Notes under the pieces: generated by a model
Databases searched by the model: none
What the model saw: the letters and a program-made list of their open reading frames with translations, nothing else
Told to the model about the DNA's origin: nothing
DNA from: Lama guanicoe
Taxonomy: Eukaryota
Reading direction: 5' to 3'
NCBI GenBank assembly: GCA_013239625.1
Contig: MU056032.1
Location: 1 to 51,672 of the forward strand
DNA length: 51,672 nucleotides
In this document: positions 50,601 to 51,672 of the stretch, piece after piece
Position numbering within the stretch: the stretch's first letter is position 1
Layout of the letters: every line of letters starts with the position of its first letter
Program-made: the position numbers and the translations under genes

Positions 50601-51439
50601 TTTATGCTGCACAGGATTGTCTGCTTCTTGCTTAATTGAAATTGTGGGCTGAGCATCACACCTGTTAATAGAGTCAAAAAGAACAAGGACTCTAAATTTG
50701 GATTGAGGATACAAGGAGTGGTGTTGACAAGGGAGAACAGGGAAAGAAAAAGGTCATCTTTCCGTAAAGTGGTAGGTACTGGAACCATCCTATCCTGTAC
50801 TATGGGGCCAGCAGACCCCATGAGCTGACTGCAAAGGAGACTGAAAAGTTTGATCACTCATTGCTTCAGTCAGTGCTGGAAGGCTGAGCCTCTCCCTGAG
50901 GGCACAAGATGAGTGCAGTTCCTTGAAAATCAGCTGGGTAGCATTGAGACCACTGAGACAGTCACAGCAGGAGACTAGCATTGACAACTATACTGTGGGA
51001 CCAATTTCCATTGTCCACTGTGTTGCGGCAGGATGCAAAGGAAGTGGTTATTTGAGACAACGAATCTCTGCAGGCTTATGTGTGGAAGGCTGTAAAATGT
51101 TTTCATTGGTGTAAACTGCCATGATTCTGGGAAAAATAACAATACAGGGAAATGAGGCACATTAAGACGGAGAAACTGGACTTATTTTATAAGGCGGGTG
51201 ATGATTGAGTTTTTGCAAGGTAATACATATGTGTTCATATCTGCACTCAGGTTTTGTGGAGCAATTCATATAGAAATCATTTATATTAAGTGGTGTTTTC
51301 AGATAAATCTGTTTTATATTGTGGTTCTGATTTTTGGAATGACAGGGGGCTTATTGGGGCCAGCTGGTCTTCAGTTATTTCAGAGAAAAGATATAAGTTG
51401 AGTTCATTTCAAAGTTGTTTGTTTTCTTGAGCCAAGTAG

Positions 51440-51590
51440 AAGATTCTGGGTTAAGAGTACTAGGTTGGAGTCTGGGTCCAACTTTTAGGAGTGAGATTTC
51501 CTTGCGCAGACGTGCCTGACTATTTCCACATTTGTAATATAGAGATGATTGCACTGCATGGTGATGTGGAAGGAGACGTTGAGTACAGGT
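51440..51590 (+). mobile_element. MIR-like fragment
   Basis: ggttaagagtactaggttggagtc ... tttccacatttgtaatatagagatgat. Confidence 0.45.
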
Positions 51591-51672
51591 TGACATTTTG
51601 ACCTCTAGAGATGTATGATGGATGTACAAAGGAGCAAATCATTTATTCTTCCTTAGGGATGGAATTAGAGTA

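Noticed and set aside
50561..51629. Cluster of minus-strand ORFs near the window end
   Set aside because: No recognisable protein; part overlaps a MIR-like repeat; lengths compatible with chance.

Overview
Mammalian genomic DNA, probably camelid (inferred from a Vic-1-like tRNA-derived SINE and the L1 3' ends). It is rich in repeats (L1, L2, MIR, MaLR and ERV1-type LTRs, hAT and Tc2 DNA transposons) and has one 468-N assembly gap. The centrepiece is a 5'-truncated, unprocessed ANKRD26/CCDC144-family pseudogene on the + strand (about 28.3-46.2 kb: ankyrin exons plus later exons). A beta-actin (ACTB) retrocopy (42744-44169) sits in the sense orientation inside one of its coding exons. The actin reading frame is about 76% identical to ACTB by my manual alignment, yet has no stop codons and only one 1-nt frameshift, in a C-run. 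The host ankyrin-gene frame runs stop-free through the ACTB 5'UTR and misses an in-frame fusion by a single nucleotide. This resembles the primate POTE-actin chimeras, but the insertion site is different and the lineage appears non-primate, which suggests an independent ankyrin-actin fusion/retrogene. Upstream, several phase-compatible candidate exons of an unidentified gene are visible. All family assignments come from recalled consensus or protein sequences, not database searches.
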